From an uncultured Dehalococcoidia bacterium (lineage in GTDB: Bacteria; Chloroflexota; Dehalococcoidia; Lucifugimonadales; UBA1127): a stretch of DNA of 64,000 nucleotides. Every line of letters starts with the position of its first letter. Position 1 is the stretch's first letter. The stretch is from contig CAZTCW010000001.1 in NCBI GenBank assembly GCA_964612825.1, positions 15,450-79,449 on the forward strand, written 5' to 3'. Below, one piece after another: positions 47,261 through 57,333 of this stretch. A program made the translations under genes and the position numbers. The notes under the pieces were generated by a model. The model did no database searches and had not been told where the DNA came from. It saw only the letters and a list, made by a program, of their open reading frames with translations.

Positions 47261-48679
47261 CTACAAATTTGGATGTTTAGTAAACCATGAATTGTCCTGC
47301 TCATAAGCTTGACCGATACGCATCAATTTCCCTTCTTGATAAGGCTTGGCCGCGAGTTGGAACCCAATTGGGAAACCAGAACTAGTAAAACCACACGGGA
47401 TTGATATCGCAGGCAATCCAGTTAGATTAAATGGCTGGGTAAACCTGGTTACAGTACTCCGTAAATCTACGTTTAGCCCCGACACTAGAACTTTTTCAGC
47501 TCCAATAGCGGGTGCTTCTATGGGCATCATTGGGAGGAATATTGCGTCCAGATGTTCCATCCTTTCTAATAGTTGTTGGCGAATTTTTTGTTGAATTTCT
47601 TTTGCTTTGAGGTATTCTGGTCGAGTTGTGCGGAGCCCTAACTGCAAACGTTGAAGAACATTCTCCCCAAAATCGTGGGGACGGCTATCTAAATTATCTT
47701 TATGGTATTCACTAGCTTCTCTGGAAATTATCGTTATGTTGGGTTTTAGGGTTTCTTTCATAAAGGGGAATTCGACATTGTCTTGGATAATCGCCCCCAA
47801 CTTATTCAACGTGTGGAGTGCCTTGTCCAGGGCTGATCTAATTTCTTTATCCACCGGAACAATATAATCTCCACTTAAAACGCCAATCCTCATTCCCTTC
47901 ATGCCGAGTGAAAGTTCTCGAGAAAAATCAGGTACGGGTAGATTCTTTGAGGTGTTGTCATCTGGGTCGTAACCTGCAATCTCTTGGAGAATGAGCGCAC
48001 TATCTTCCACCGTACGCGTCATTGTGCCAACATGGTCGAGTGACCATGAGAGGGGGAATACCCCATTTCTACTTACTCTACCGTAGGTAGGCTTAAGTCC
48101 GACAATCCCACAGAAACAAGCAGGAATCCGAATGGATCCTCCTGTGTCGGACCCTAAGGCCCCTGCGCATAATCCTGCACCCACAGCGGCACCTGAGCCA
48201 CCGCTTGAGCCGCCAGTTATCCTATCTGTTCCCCAGGGATTGCGAGCCGGTCCGTAGTGAGGATTGGCGTTAGTGATACCGAAGGCGAATTCATGCATAT
48301 TTAACTTTCCAAGTAAAATAGCTCCGGCGCGTTTAAGTCGTGAAACTACGTAAGAATCGCTGCTAGGAATTCTGTCCTTAAATATTTTGCTTCCGACGGT
48401 GGTTAAGATTCCCTTGGTGTCAAAGAGATCTTTCAAGGCAATCGGGACTCCATGTAGTGCTCCTTGGTACTTACCCAGCAAAATTGCTTTCTCTGCATCT
48501 CGTGCTTGGGCAATGGCGTGGTCAGCCGTCACGGTTAGGTAAGCATTTACTATTGGATTGAGTCGTTCTATACGTTTAAGGTAGGTCTCAGTTAACTCAA
48601 GTGGGGAAATTCGTTTAGAGGCAATCTCTCTAGCTGTTTCTGCGATACTTAAATAATGGAGGTCGGTTTCTCTCATCAA
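47261..48679 (-). CDS. Amidase signature family enzyme (GatA-like)
   Basis: LHGVPIALKD, GGSSGGSG, GSDTGGSIRIPA, GLKPTYGRVS. Confidence 0.92.
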   Translation of the reverse strand: MMRETDLHYLSIAETAREIASKRISPLELTETYLKRIERLNPIVNAYLTVTADHAIAQARDAEKAILLGKYQGALHGVPIALKDLFDTKGILTTVGSKIFKDRIPSSDSYVVSRLKRAGAILLGKLNMHEFAFGITNANPHYGPARNPWGTDRITGGSSGGSGAAVGAGLCAGALGSDTGGSIRIPACFCGIVGLKPTYGRVSRNGVFPLSWSLDHVGTMTRTVEDSALILQEIAGYDPDDNTSKNLPVPDFSRELSLGMKGMRIGVLSGDYIVPVDKEIRSALDKALHTLNKLGAIIQDNVEFPFMKETLKPNITIISREASEYHKDNLDSRPHDFGENVLQRLQLGLRTTRPEYLKAKEIQQKIRQQLLERMEHLDAIFLPMMPIEAPAIGAEKVLVSGLNVDLRSTVTRFTQPFNLTGLPAISIPCGFTSSGFPIGFQLAAKPYQEGKLMRIGQAYEQDNSWFTKHPNL

Positions 48680-48759
48680 ACAATTCCTAAATATTGGTTA
48701 TTTGATTATCAGCCCACCGTAGCTTTATATTTGGCAGTCAGATATGGAAGGTTGATTCA

Positions 48760-50655
48760 TTAAATTAGAAGACTTTTCAGTGTCCTAGAAAGGGATTGGC
48801 TAATCCCTGGCAGAGCAGATAGTTCACCTTCTGATGATTTTGAGATTCTTTCGATGCTTCCAAAATGGGCGAGAAGAATTTTCTTACGTTTGGGGCCAAG
48901 TCCGGGCACAGAATCCAGTCGAGATGCTAAGGATCGTTTTGATCGAATATTCCGGTGGTAGGTAATTGCAAACCGGTGAGCTTCATCCCGAATCCTTTGT
49001 AAAAGAAATAATCCTTGGGTATTTCTTGGAAGTGTTACAGGCTCGGGCATCTCAGGGGTAAACAATTCTTCATTTTCCTTTGCTATTGAAGCCAATGGGA
49101 TAAAATTAGTTGTGATACCTAATTCCAAGAATACCTGATGTACAGCTGAGAGGTGGCCTTTACCTCCGTCAATAAGTACCAAATCAGGTACCATTCCCCA
49201 GGATAACGAATCCAATCCATTCTGATCATTTTCTGAGGCTACGATATCATTAAGGTTTTCTTGAAATTTGGAAAGACGAGTGAATCGCCTTCTTAGTACC
49301 TCTTTCATCATAGCGTAATCGTCCACCGAACCAATTGTTTTCACTTTGAAACGTCTGTAATGTTTCCGGTCCGGCATTCCTGCTCGGAAAACGACCATAC
49401 TTCCCACAGGGTTGGTTCCTTGAATATTGGAGATATCGTAGCATTCTATTCTTTTCGGTTCTCTCGGTAGATTTAATGCCTCTTGGATTTCGGTCATGGC
49501 TGTACTTGCGGAAGTTTCCTTGGAAATCCGTCTGGCCTTGAAGTTTTCTAAACCCTGATTCGCATTCTCAGTGGCCATTTGGAGGAGTTTTCGCTTTGAA
49601 CCTCTGGTAGGAGCCAATAACTTTATAGGGCCACCTCTTCGTTTTCGAAGGTACTCTTCGATTAAAAGGATCTCGGGTAATCGAAATTGTAAAAGGATAG
49701 TGGGGGGAATAAATGCCGTTCGATCATAAAATTGTTTTATAAAGCCTGAAAGAATTTCAGAGGATTCTTCTCCTGATGTTTCGACCATTGTAAATTGGTC
49801 TCTGTCGACCAATTTACCTTGACGGATGAAGAAAACTTCAACCCAAGCTTCCTCTTTATCTTCAGCTATTGCAATAACATCAATATCCTCTTTTTTGGAG
49901 GACACAACAATTTGTTTATCTGAGACTGATTTGATTGCTTGAATTTGATCTCTAATTTTCGCAGCTTTCTCGAATTCTAAATTCGAAGAGGCTGATTTCA
50001 TGTCCGTTTGTAACTGTTTAGTTACATCTTCGGTGTGCCCTTCTAAAAATAGAAGGACTTGATCTATCACCTGACGGTACTCTATTTGGTTTACATAACC
50101 GACGCAGGGGGCTACGCAGCGATGGATAAAATATTCGAGGCAAGGGCGTGCATCTTTTCCTGTGATAGTCTTTGTGCACGAGCGGAATGGGAACAATTTG
50201 TTTAGTAGATTAACCGTTTTTCTGACTGAACCAGGGTTTGCAAATGGTCCAAAATAACGTGCGTTGTCGTTCTGGAAGTTCCTAGTGAAACTCACCAGCG
50301 GGAATGGTTCCGACAAATCGATTTTGATGTAGGGGTAGGTTTTATCGTCTTTAAGTCGGGTATTATACCTTGGATGGTGACGTTTAATCAGGGTGTTTTC
50401 GAGAATTAGAGCATCATTTTCCGAGTTAGTTACCATGTAATCGAAATCTGAAGCCAACCGGAGCATTCTCGCGATCTTTGGTTGAAGTTTATTCGATTGG
50501 GAGAAGTATGTCCGAACGCGATTACGGAGATTGGCAGCTTTTCCAACATACAGGAATCCCCCTGAAGCATCCTTGAATAGATAGACCCCCGGTTTATTTG
50601 GGATTACTGGAAGACGTTGCCGTAATTCAGCTTTGTTAGCCGTCATAGCGAGCAT
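48760..50655 (-). CDS. uvrC: Excinuclease ABC subunit C
   Basis: PGVY..YVGKA GIY-YIG, IECYDISN, LIDGGKG, RDEAHRFA, HhH. Confidence 0.97.
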   Translation of the reverse strand: MLAMTANKAELRQRLPVIPNKPGVYLFKDASGGFLYVGKAANLRNRVRTYFSQSNKLQPKIARMLRLASDFDYMVTNSENDALILENTLIKRHHPRYNTRLKDDKTYPYIKIDLSEPFPLVSFTRNFQNDNARYFGPFANPGSVRKTVNLLNKLFPFRSCTKTITGKDARPCLEYFIHRCVAPCVGYVNQIEYRQVIDQVLLFLEGHTEDVTKQLQTDMKSASSNLEFEKAAKIRDQIQAIKSVSDKQIVVSSKKEDIDVIAIAEDKEEAWVEVFFIRQGKLVDRDQFTMVETSGEESSEILSGFIKQFYDRTAFIPPTILLQFRLPEILLIEEYLRKRRGGPIKLLAPTRGSKRKLLQMATENANQGLENFKARRISKETSASTAMTEIQEALNLPREPKRIECYDISNIQGTNPVGSMVVFRAGMPDRKHYRRFKVKTIGSVDDYAMMKEVLRRRFTRLSKFQENLNDIVASENDQNGLDSLSWGMVPDLVLIDGGKGHLSAVHQVFLELGITTNFIPLASIAKENEELFTPEMPEPVTLPRNTQGLFLLQRIRDEAHRFAITYHRNIRSKRSLASRLDSVPGLGPKRKKILLAHFGSIERISKSSEGELSALPGISQSLSRTLKSLLI

Positions 50656-50703
50656 ATGTTACCACAATAATTAACAAGCAGTTTCGCCCTGAGGGCTCCA
50701 CGC

Positions 50704-51051
50704 TTATGTAATTAGGAATTGAAGGACGACTAGGGTTGCAATCATGAGTGTTCCTATGATTCCTATCCTTTGAATTTCCTTACGTAGCAAAGGATCATTG
50801 GGTATAGCAGTTTGCGTTCCTTGAGGATTCTGGGAGCGTTGAGGTTTTGAAGATGATGAGACGGTGGAAGAGGAAACATTGAGGGTTTGTTGTGATTCGT
50901 TTGGTTTTTCTAATACGTCGGTAGAACCTGCGTCTTTTGGCTCCTCAAGTCGTGTGTGGACAGGTTGGTTTGGAGCTCTTTTTACTTGTTCTCGCCGTTG
51001 GCGTCGGCTGTTACGATGGGCCGCTTCCGTAGACTTTGTTTTTTTGGGCAT
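50704..51051 (-). CDS. Hypothetical protein (115 aa) with a basic N-terminus, low-complexity linker and C-terminal TM
   Basis: ATG at 51051 after AGGGA gives MPKKTKS...IGIIGTLMIATLVVLQFLIT. The longer ORF-track call overlaps xerD. Confidence 0.65.
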   Translation of the reverse strand: MPKKTKSTEAAHRNSRRQRREQVKRAPNQPVHTRLEEPKDAGSTDVLEKPNESQQTLNVSSSTVSSSSKPQRSQNPQGTQTAIPNDPLLRKEIQRIGIIGTLMIATLVVLQFLIT

Positions 51052-51127
51052 TTTATCCCTCCGTTGCATTTCTAAAGGATTTTTGGATACGACACTGTTA
51101 ATTGAAATTACTGCCTTAAATAGGGAA

Positions 51128-52030
51128 TCAGATACTACGGGCTCTCGGGTGAGCTTTTTCAAATTCTGAACGGATATGTGTATCAGTAAGATGTGTATAA
51201 ATTTGTGTCGAGGCAATACTAGAGTGACCTAAAAATTCTTGAACTTGGCGTAAGGATGCCCCTCCCTGAAGCATGTGGGTTGCAAAGCTGTGGCGAAGGG
51301 TGTGCGGAGTCACAGGGGATTGAATACCAGCGCGCTGTGCATGGTCTTTCAAGATGAGCCAGAATCCTTGCCGAGTCAGTCGTTCTCCTCTGTGGTTAAC
51401 GAATAGAGCAGGTTCTCCTGGATTTCCTGTTAGCTTAGGACGAGAGGCCTCGAGATAGGTAGTCACTGCGGCATTGGCAGAATCGTGTATTGGGATTAGG
51501 CGTTCTTTAGCACCTTTACCCATGCATTTTACATATCCTTCAGCAAGATTAATATCGTTCTTGTCCAGAGAAACCATTTCAGTGACTCTCATGCCAGTCG
51601 CGTATAAGATCTCTAACATTGCCTTATCCCGAATGCTCTCTGAGGATCCGTTAGAGCCAGCCGACCCAAGGAGCCTGTTGATTTCTTCTTCGGAAATTGG
51701 AGTTGGGAGGGTACGCCCAATTTTAGGAGCAGTTATATTATCGCCTGGATTTTCGGGAAGGATTCCCTCGTTTACGAGGAAGGCTAAAAAGGATTTAATG
51801 GAAGCTATTTTTCTTGCTAAGCTACTTCGGGTGTATCCCTTTTCCTGTAAATTTAATACAAAATTTGACAAAGTAGTTGAGTCAATTTGATTAACGTCAT
51901 CTAAACTTCCGTAGGATATCAGATAATCCTCTAGTTGGTATAGATCGTTTCTATAGGCTTGGATCGTATTCCCTGAAAATCCTTTCTCAATCATGAGATA
52001 GTTCAAGAAGTCGTTGATTTGAGTTTTCAT
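51128..52030 (-). CDS. xerD: Site-specific tyrosine recombinase XerD
   Basis: LYATGMRVTE, GKGAKER, HTLRHSFATH, LGHSSIASTQIYT. Confidence 0.93.
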   Translation of the reverse strand: MKTQINDFLNYLMIEKGFSGNTIQAYRNDLYQLEDYLISYGSLDDVNQIDSTTLSNFVLNLQEKGYTRSSLARKIASIKSFLAFLVNEGILPENPGDNITAPKIGRTLPTPISEEEINRLLGSAGSNGSSESIRDKAMLEILYATGMRVTEMVSLDKNDINLAEGYVKCMGKGAKERLIPIHDSANAAVTTYLEASRPKLTGNPGEPALFVNHRGERLTRQGFWLILKDHAQRAGIQSPVTPHTLRHSFATHMLQGGASLRQVQEFLGHSSIASTQIYTHLTDTHIRSEFEKAHPRARSI

Positions 52031-52179
52031 ATACCTACCTAGGTTCCTAAATTCGCTGGTATTCTACCATAGTGAAGATATAAGTGTCCTTCGACGAGAG
52101 GATTTCCGGGAAATATTTTTGTGATTATCAATTGAAAACCAAATGCAATACGTTTTTCAAGGCAAGGTATTTTCGAGTT

Positions 52180-52656
52180 TTATCGATTTGCTAAATCGGA
52201 TTTATAATCTTCGTAAGCTCTTTCGACATCAGAGTCGAGAGAAGAGATGATTGAAGCCGCGAAATAACCGGCGTTACGAGCCCCCCATACCCCAACGGCC
52301 ATACAGGCGACGGGAACTCCCGGTGGCATCTGTGCGATTGTTAGGAGGGCGTCTATCCCTTTCAGATCGCTACTAGGAACAGGAATTCCTATTACGGGGA
52401 GTGTGGTCCATGCTGCAATCGCTCCCGGGAGTGCCGCTGACCCTCCGGCGGCCGCAATTAGAACTCTTATGCCCCGGTTCTTAGCAGAAGAGGCATAATC
52501 GGCCAGCCTCTTAGGAGTTCGATGAGCAGATAAAACTGAAAGTTCATAAGGTATCTTAAAATCGTTTAGTACCGATTCCGTTTGCTGGATGATGGTCTCA
52601 TCAGACCGACTTCCTATTACTAAACCTACCAAAGGAGGATTGCTCGTACTTGTCAT
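52180..52656 (-). CDS. purE: N5-CAIR mutase
   Basis: GSRSD, SAHRTP, AGGSAALPG, QMPPGVPVA. Confidence 0.96.
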   Translation of the reverse strand: MTSTSNPPLVGLVIGSRSDETIIQQTESVLNDFKIPYELSVLSAHRTPKRLADYASSAKNRGIRVLIAAAGGSAALPGAIAAWTTLPVIGIPVPSSDLKGIDALLTIAQMPPGVPVACMAVGVWGARNAGYFAASIISSLDSDVERAYEDYKSDLANR

Positions 52657-52746
52657 AACTCATTTTTCCTTTACAATAAATGTTATTTTCTGAAAAAGGG
52701 GCAAACTTTTCAAATAAAGAATCCCCAGGTTTCATTTGGCGGTCCT

Positions 52747-53355
52747 TTAGATATAACATGAATCGAAATCACAAACTTGATCTACTAACTGTAATTCCAA
52801 GCATTCCCGAGCCGATAGGAACCGATCCCTTCCGGAGTAAATATAGCGTATCCACCACCGTGGATTGTGCAGGCCGGTTCTTCGGTAAAAGAGTTCTCCT
52901 ATCTTCTCCTTATACAGATCCGCTAATTTCAAATAATCCGCGAAAATTCGATGATCTTCCCCAGTAATTGACCAGGTACCACCGTGTAACATCATCGTAG
53001 AGAAAAATCCCATTGAGCGCTTGTCACCTGCTTGGGCAATTACGGCTCCCATTGAATAGGCGTAGCCTAGAACAACGGTGTCAACGGGAATACCAAAATC
53101 CCTTTTGATTTTATACATAATCTCCATAATTGAAAATCCGGCTCCAACTGATCCTCCACCCGAATTAATATAAACAGTAATTCGGCTGTTCGGATATTGC
53201 TGTAAACCAGTCGCCATTGCCAACATGGATTTTGCGAATTTCTCCGCTTCAACATCATGAATATCTCGGAGGAAATATATTCCAAAACGATCTAACATTC
53301 CTTGTCTTGGGGTTCCGGACTCGCGGGTTTCTTCGGTACTCTGGGCTTCTGTCAT
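52747..53355 (-). CDS. Divergent ClpP-family serine protease subunit
   Basis: YINSGGGSV, AYSMG (Ser), MLH (His), RDRFLSA.E..ELQLVD. Confidence 0.8.
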   Translation of the reverse strand: MTEAQSTEETRESGTPRQGMLDRFGIYFLRDIHDVEAEKFAKSMLAMATGLQQYPNSRITVYINSGGGSVGAGFSIMEIMYKIKRDFGIPVDTVVLGYAYSMGAVIAQAGDKRSMGFFSTMMLHGGTWSITGEDHRIFADYLKLADLYKEKIGELFYRRTGLHNPRWWIRYIYSGRDRFLSARECLELQLVDQVCDFDSCYI

Positions 53356-53370
53356 TTTTCCTCCTAATCC

Positions 53371-54654
53371 TTACTCATCAGAATTGATTATACCGATGTC
53401 AGTCCTGTAATGCGCTCCTAAGAATTTTACGTGCTTCACACCATTGTAAACCTTTTTTCTAGCACCATCGATCGATGGATCCGACGCCATAACGGTTAGA
53501 ACTCTGCCCCCATTGGTAAGGAGTTGAAGAGAGTCACCGGAAGAGGACATCAAGGATTTAGTTCCAGCATGGAACACAATTGTATCTGTGGGAATTGTTT
53601 CTAGGCCAGTAATCGGCAATCCGGATTGAAATTCCCCAGGGTATCCTTCGGACGTCAGGACAACGGCTACACAGGCGTCGTTAGACCATTCTAAAGGATA
53701 TGTCTGTAGCGAGCCCTTCGCTATGGCATAAAAAAGTTCAACCGGGTCAGATTTTAGTCGAGGCAATACCACGACGGCTTCGGGATCACCGAATCGGCAA
53801 TTAAATTCCAAAACCTTTGGTCCTTCATCTGTAAGAATAATTCCTGCATACAATATTCCCATAAAGGGATTTCCGGTGCTTTTCATGGCATTAATTGTTG
53901 GAATCATAATTTCATCTCGAATAGAAGCCGATAAATCCTCAGTCCAAAATTCTGGAGGGCTATAACTTCCCATGCCTCCAGTGTTAGGTCCAAAATTCTC
54001 ATCCAATAATCGTTTATAATCACAGGCAGCGATTAGAGGAGAAAGGTAGTTTCCATCGGTTAATCCGAATACACTGACTTCTCTGCCAGAAAGAAATTCT
54101 TCGATCAATATACGATTTCCGGCAGATCCGAATTCTTTTGCAACCAAAAACTTGTCAACTGTACTCATTGCTTGGTCTAGGTTTTCACAAATTACCACCC
54201 CTTTTCCGGCTGCTAATCCATCGACTTTAATTACAAGTGGTAATGTAGCGGATTGTATAAAATCCTTAGCCAATTTTGGAGAGCTGAAAATTGTGGCTGC
54301 CGCCGTTGGAATATTATGGTCATTCATCAGTTTTTTGGAAAACGCTTTCGAGGTTTCGATTTGGGCGGCATTTTGTGTTGGCCCCACTATCAGCAATTTC
54401 TTTTCGTGGAAAAAATCCACTATTCCTTCCGATAATGAAATTTCTGGCCCGACAATGGTAAGATCGATATTGTAGTCTCTTACTGCATTTGCAAGTTCCT
54501 CAATATCGGTGGCAGGGATTGCTAAGTTTTTTGCCAAATTTGCGGTTCCAGCATTCCCGGGAGCTACATAAAGATTGTTTGTAAGTTTACTCTTCCGTAA
54601 ACTCCAGAGGATAGCGTGTTCGCGGCCTCCGCTTCCGATCACTAAAATGTTCAT
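53371..54654 (-). CDS. purD: Phosphoribosylamine--glycine ligase
   Basis: GSGGREHA, GLAAGKGV, GPNTGGMG, EFNCRFGDPE. Confidence 0.98.
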   Translation of the reverse strand: MNILVIGSGGREHAILWSLRKSKLTNNLYVAPGNAGTANLAKNLAIPATDIEELANAVRDYNIDLTIVGPEISLSEGIVDFFHEKKLLIVGPTQNAAQIETSKAFSKKLMNDHNIPTAAATIFSSPKLAKDFIQSATLPLVIKVDGLAAGKGVVICENLDQAMSTVDKFLVAKEFGSAGNRILIEEFLSGREVSVFGLTDGNYLSPLIAACDYKRLLDENFGPNTGGMGSYSPPEFWTEDLSASIRDEIMIPTINAMKSTGNPFMGILYAGIILTDEGPKVLEFNCRFGDPEAVVVLPRLKSDPVELFYAIAKGSLQTYPLEWSNDACVAVVLTSEGYPGEFQSGLPITGLETIPTDTIVFHAGTKSLMSSSGDSLQLLTNGGRVLTVMASDPSIDGARKKVYNGVKHVKFLGAHYRTDIGIINSDE

Positions 54655-54851
54655 TGATTTCCTACTTGGGGAATGTTGGGCTTCAGATCGTACTATGATA
54701 TTTAGTCGGTGAAGCGACAGTCTAGAACTGAGAAATTTGTATCACCTATTACGTCTATTGGCAAGAAGAAAAGTAAAATTTGAGTTCGGGAACGATCCAT
54801 TTCTGGACAAATCCATTGTGAATACAGAATCCTAAGGAAATTCTTTAGGTT

Positions 54852-56585
54852 TTACTCCCACTCGATGGTTCCTGGTGGCTTAGAGGTAATGTCGTACACA
54901 ACTCTGTTAACTTCTGGAACTTCATTAATGATTCTTGAAGAAATCCGTGCTAGGACTTCATAGGGTAATCGAGCCCAATCGGCAGTCATGGCATCATCCG
55001 AGGTGATTGCTCTTATCGCGACCATAAATCCGTAAGTTCTTTGATCCCCCGATACTCCCACGCTTCGAGTATCCGTTAAGACAGCGAAACTTTGCCAAAG
55101 TTCCCTGTAAAGATTTGCCCCTTTTATTTCATCAATCACTATCCAGTCGCAAGCCCTTAGAATCTCTAATTTATCAGGGTTAACTTCACCGATAATCCGA
55201 ATGGCTAGGCCTGGTCCTGGAAATGGTTGACGTAATACCATATCCTCTGGTAACCCCATTGATAACCCTACTTCTCGTACTTCATCCTTAAATAGATAAC
55301 GGAGGGGTTCAACGAGAGATAGACGCATAGTTTCAGGTAGCCCTCCAACGTTGTGATGTGTTTTTATTTTCGCCGCGGCTTGAGTTTCTCGAGGGCTACT
55401 TTCAATTACGTCTGGATACAAGGTTCCCTGTGCAAGGAAATCCACCTGTTCCATATCATCTGCTGCCTCTTCGAATACCCGGATAAAAGTCTCGCCAATA
55501 ATATGTCGTTTCTTTTCCGGGTCAATTACACCCTTTAAAGCGTTTACAAATCGGGCTGATGCATCGACATGAACTAGGTTCAATTCCATCCCAAGTTTAA
55601 AGGTTTTCATAACTCTCTCAGGCTCTTCTCTCCTGAGTAGCCCATTATTGACAAAGATGCAGGTTAATTGATCTCCAATTGCTTTATGGATCAGTGCGGC
55701 AGTGACAGCAGAATCAACCCCCCCTGATAATGCGCATATGACTTTCCCGCTCCCAACTTGTTCTCTAATGCGCTCTGTACTTTCGGTAATAAAATTCTTT
55801 GGGGTCCAATTGGCAGTACATTGGCAGATTCGATAAAGAAAATTCTCTATGATTTGTTTCCCCCCGGGTGTGTGTACTACCTCTGGGTGAAACTGGATCC
55901 CTATCATGCCAGAGTCGTTCCCTGCAACGGCGATTGGGGAATTTTCGGTATATGCTAAGGCCTTAAACCCGGGAGCTAGTTCTAACACTTGATCTCCATG
56001 ACTCATCCAGACTGGGATAGAGGAATCGAGGTTTTCGAAAATTGGATGGTTGTGATGATTTTGATGGAGAACCGCATGTCCGTACTCTTTTACGTTCGCT
56101 CCAGCTACCTTTCCTCCTAATTGATATGCCATGGCTTGCATTCCGTAACAAATCCCTAGGGTGGGTTTACCGCTCTCGAATACGAACGATGGGATTTGGG
56201 GCGCCTCCTGGTCATAAACACTAGAGGGGCCACCAGATAATATGAATCCTTTAACATTAAGGTGGTCCAATTGTTTCATTGTGGTTTCAGGAGGGAAAAT
56301 CTCACAATAAACCTTAGCTTCTCGAACCCGCCTAGCTATAAGCCGGCTATATTGAGACCCGAAATCTAGGATCACAATGGCTTCGTTACTGCCTCTGGGG
56401 AATTCTTCATCTCCTGTAACTTGGCCACGTTTTTCATTAGCGATTTCCAGATACGCGGAAACCTCAAGGTCGTCACTTGTGGCTACACGCCTGCTACTTT
56501 TTGGATTCACCAATTTATCTACTTCTCCTAGAGAATGAAAGGCCGGGGTGCTATGGAGATTAGCACCTATGCTATACTGGGTCAA
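54852..56585 (-). CDS. guaA: GMP synthase (glutamine-hydrolysing) with an N-terminal extension
   Basis: LDFGSQY, GICYGMQ, QFHPEV, SGGVDS, KTHHNVGG, KPPGTIEWE; start uncertain. Confidence 0.96.
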   Translation of the reverse strand: MTQYSIGANLHSTPAFHSLGEVDKLVNPKSSRRVATSDDLEVSAYLEIANEKRGQVTGDEEFPRGSNEAIVILDFGSQYSRLIARRVREAKVYCEIFPPETTMKQLDHLNVKGFILSGGPSSVYDQEAPQIPSFVFESGKPTLGICYGMQAMAYQLGGKVAGANVKEYGHAVLHQNHHNHPIFENLDSSIPVWMSHGDQVLELAPGFKALAYTENSPIAVAGNDSGMIGIQFHPEVVHTPGGKQIIENFLYRICQCTANWTPKNFITESTERIREQVGSGKVICALSGGVDSAVTAALIHKAIGDQLTCIFVNNGLLRREEPERVMKTFKLGMELNLVHVDASARFVNALKGVIDPEKKRHIIGETFIRVFEEAADDMEQVDFLAQGTLYPDVIESSPRETQAAAKIKTHHNVGGLPETMRLSLVEPLRYLFKDEVREVGLSMGLPEDMVLRQPFPGPGLAIRIIGEVNPDKLEILRACDWIVIDEIKGANLYRELWQSFAVLTDTRSVGVSGDQRTYGFMVAIRAITSDDAMTADWARLPYEVLARISSRIINEVPEVNRVVYDITSKPPGTIEWE

Positions 56586-56671
56586 GGAAAATTCACATCT
56601 ATAATGTAGGATTCCCTGTAAGTTTTATGGCAGGGAAAACCACGTAAAAATTTTTCCAGTTACGGAGCGTC

Positions 56672-57310
56672 TTGCGGGTGCCTTTCGAAGCGAATGGAAG
56701 AGACTTTGGCCGGTCACAAATTTCTGCAGCCTGTGAAGTTCTAAAAAAGGGTGGGGTAGTCGTTACTCCAACCGACACTCTTTATGGATTAGGAGCTGAC
56801 GCATTTAATCCATTGGCAGTAGCAAGAGTTTTTCGCATAAAAGGTAGATCATTGAACCTTCCTTTACCAGTTTTTCTTGATTCATACGAAGCTCTTCCTT
56901 TAGTCACTGGTCAGATTTCAGATTTGGCCTGGAAATTAGGGAAGATGTTTTGGCCCGGAGGGTTGACGTTAGTGGTTCCAAAATCCGAGGCCGTTCCTTC
57001 AATCCTTACTGCATCTGGATCAACCCTTGGTGTTCGCGTTCCTGACCACGAAATACCGCGGGCTTTAGTTCAACAATTAGGGAGACCTATAACGGGCACT
57101 AGTGCTAACGTGAGTGGGGAGCCTGATATTGTATCTTCTTCAGAAATACAGTTGAAACTTGGACAGGAAGTGGACATGATTTTAGAAGGGGAACTACCTA
57201 ACCCTCCACTTCCTTCGACTGTAGTCGATTTAACCGGTGAGGTGCCGAAGGTTGTTCGACTGGGAGCGGTAAGTCTATCCGAGCTTTCTGAGTATTTTTC
57301 GGTAGAGTAA
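56672..57310 (+). CDS. tsaC: L-threonylcarbamoyladenylate synthase (YrdC/TsaC)
   Basis: PTDTLYGL, KGR, FWPG.LT, TSANVSG, STVVD. Confidence 0.93.
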   Translation: MRVPFEANGRDFGRSQISAACEVLKKGGVVVTPTDTLYGLGADAFNPLAVARVFRIKGRSLNLPLPVFLDSYEALPLVTGQISDLAWKLGKMFWPGGLTLVVPKSEAVPSILTASGSTLGVRVPDHEIPRALVQQLGRPITGTSANVSGEPDIVSSSEIQLKLGQEVDMILEGELPNPPLPSTVVDLTGEVPKVVRLGAVSLSELSEYFSVE

Positions 57311-57333
57311 CTCATTTGTAGTCTAATTGAGTA

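Noticed and set aside
50649-50662. CGAGCATATGTTAC at the uvrC start as an SOS box
   Set aside because: Both half-sites mismatch; it is equally explained as an extended -10 element.
51128-52030. Tyrosine recombinase as a prophage or island integrase
   Set aside because: Size and motifs fit housekeeping XerD, the flanks are core genes, and I see no att repeats or phage genes.
54655-54851. Purine/ZTP riboswitch upstream of purD
   Set aside because: No consensus aptamer elements are present on the coding strand.
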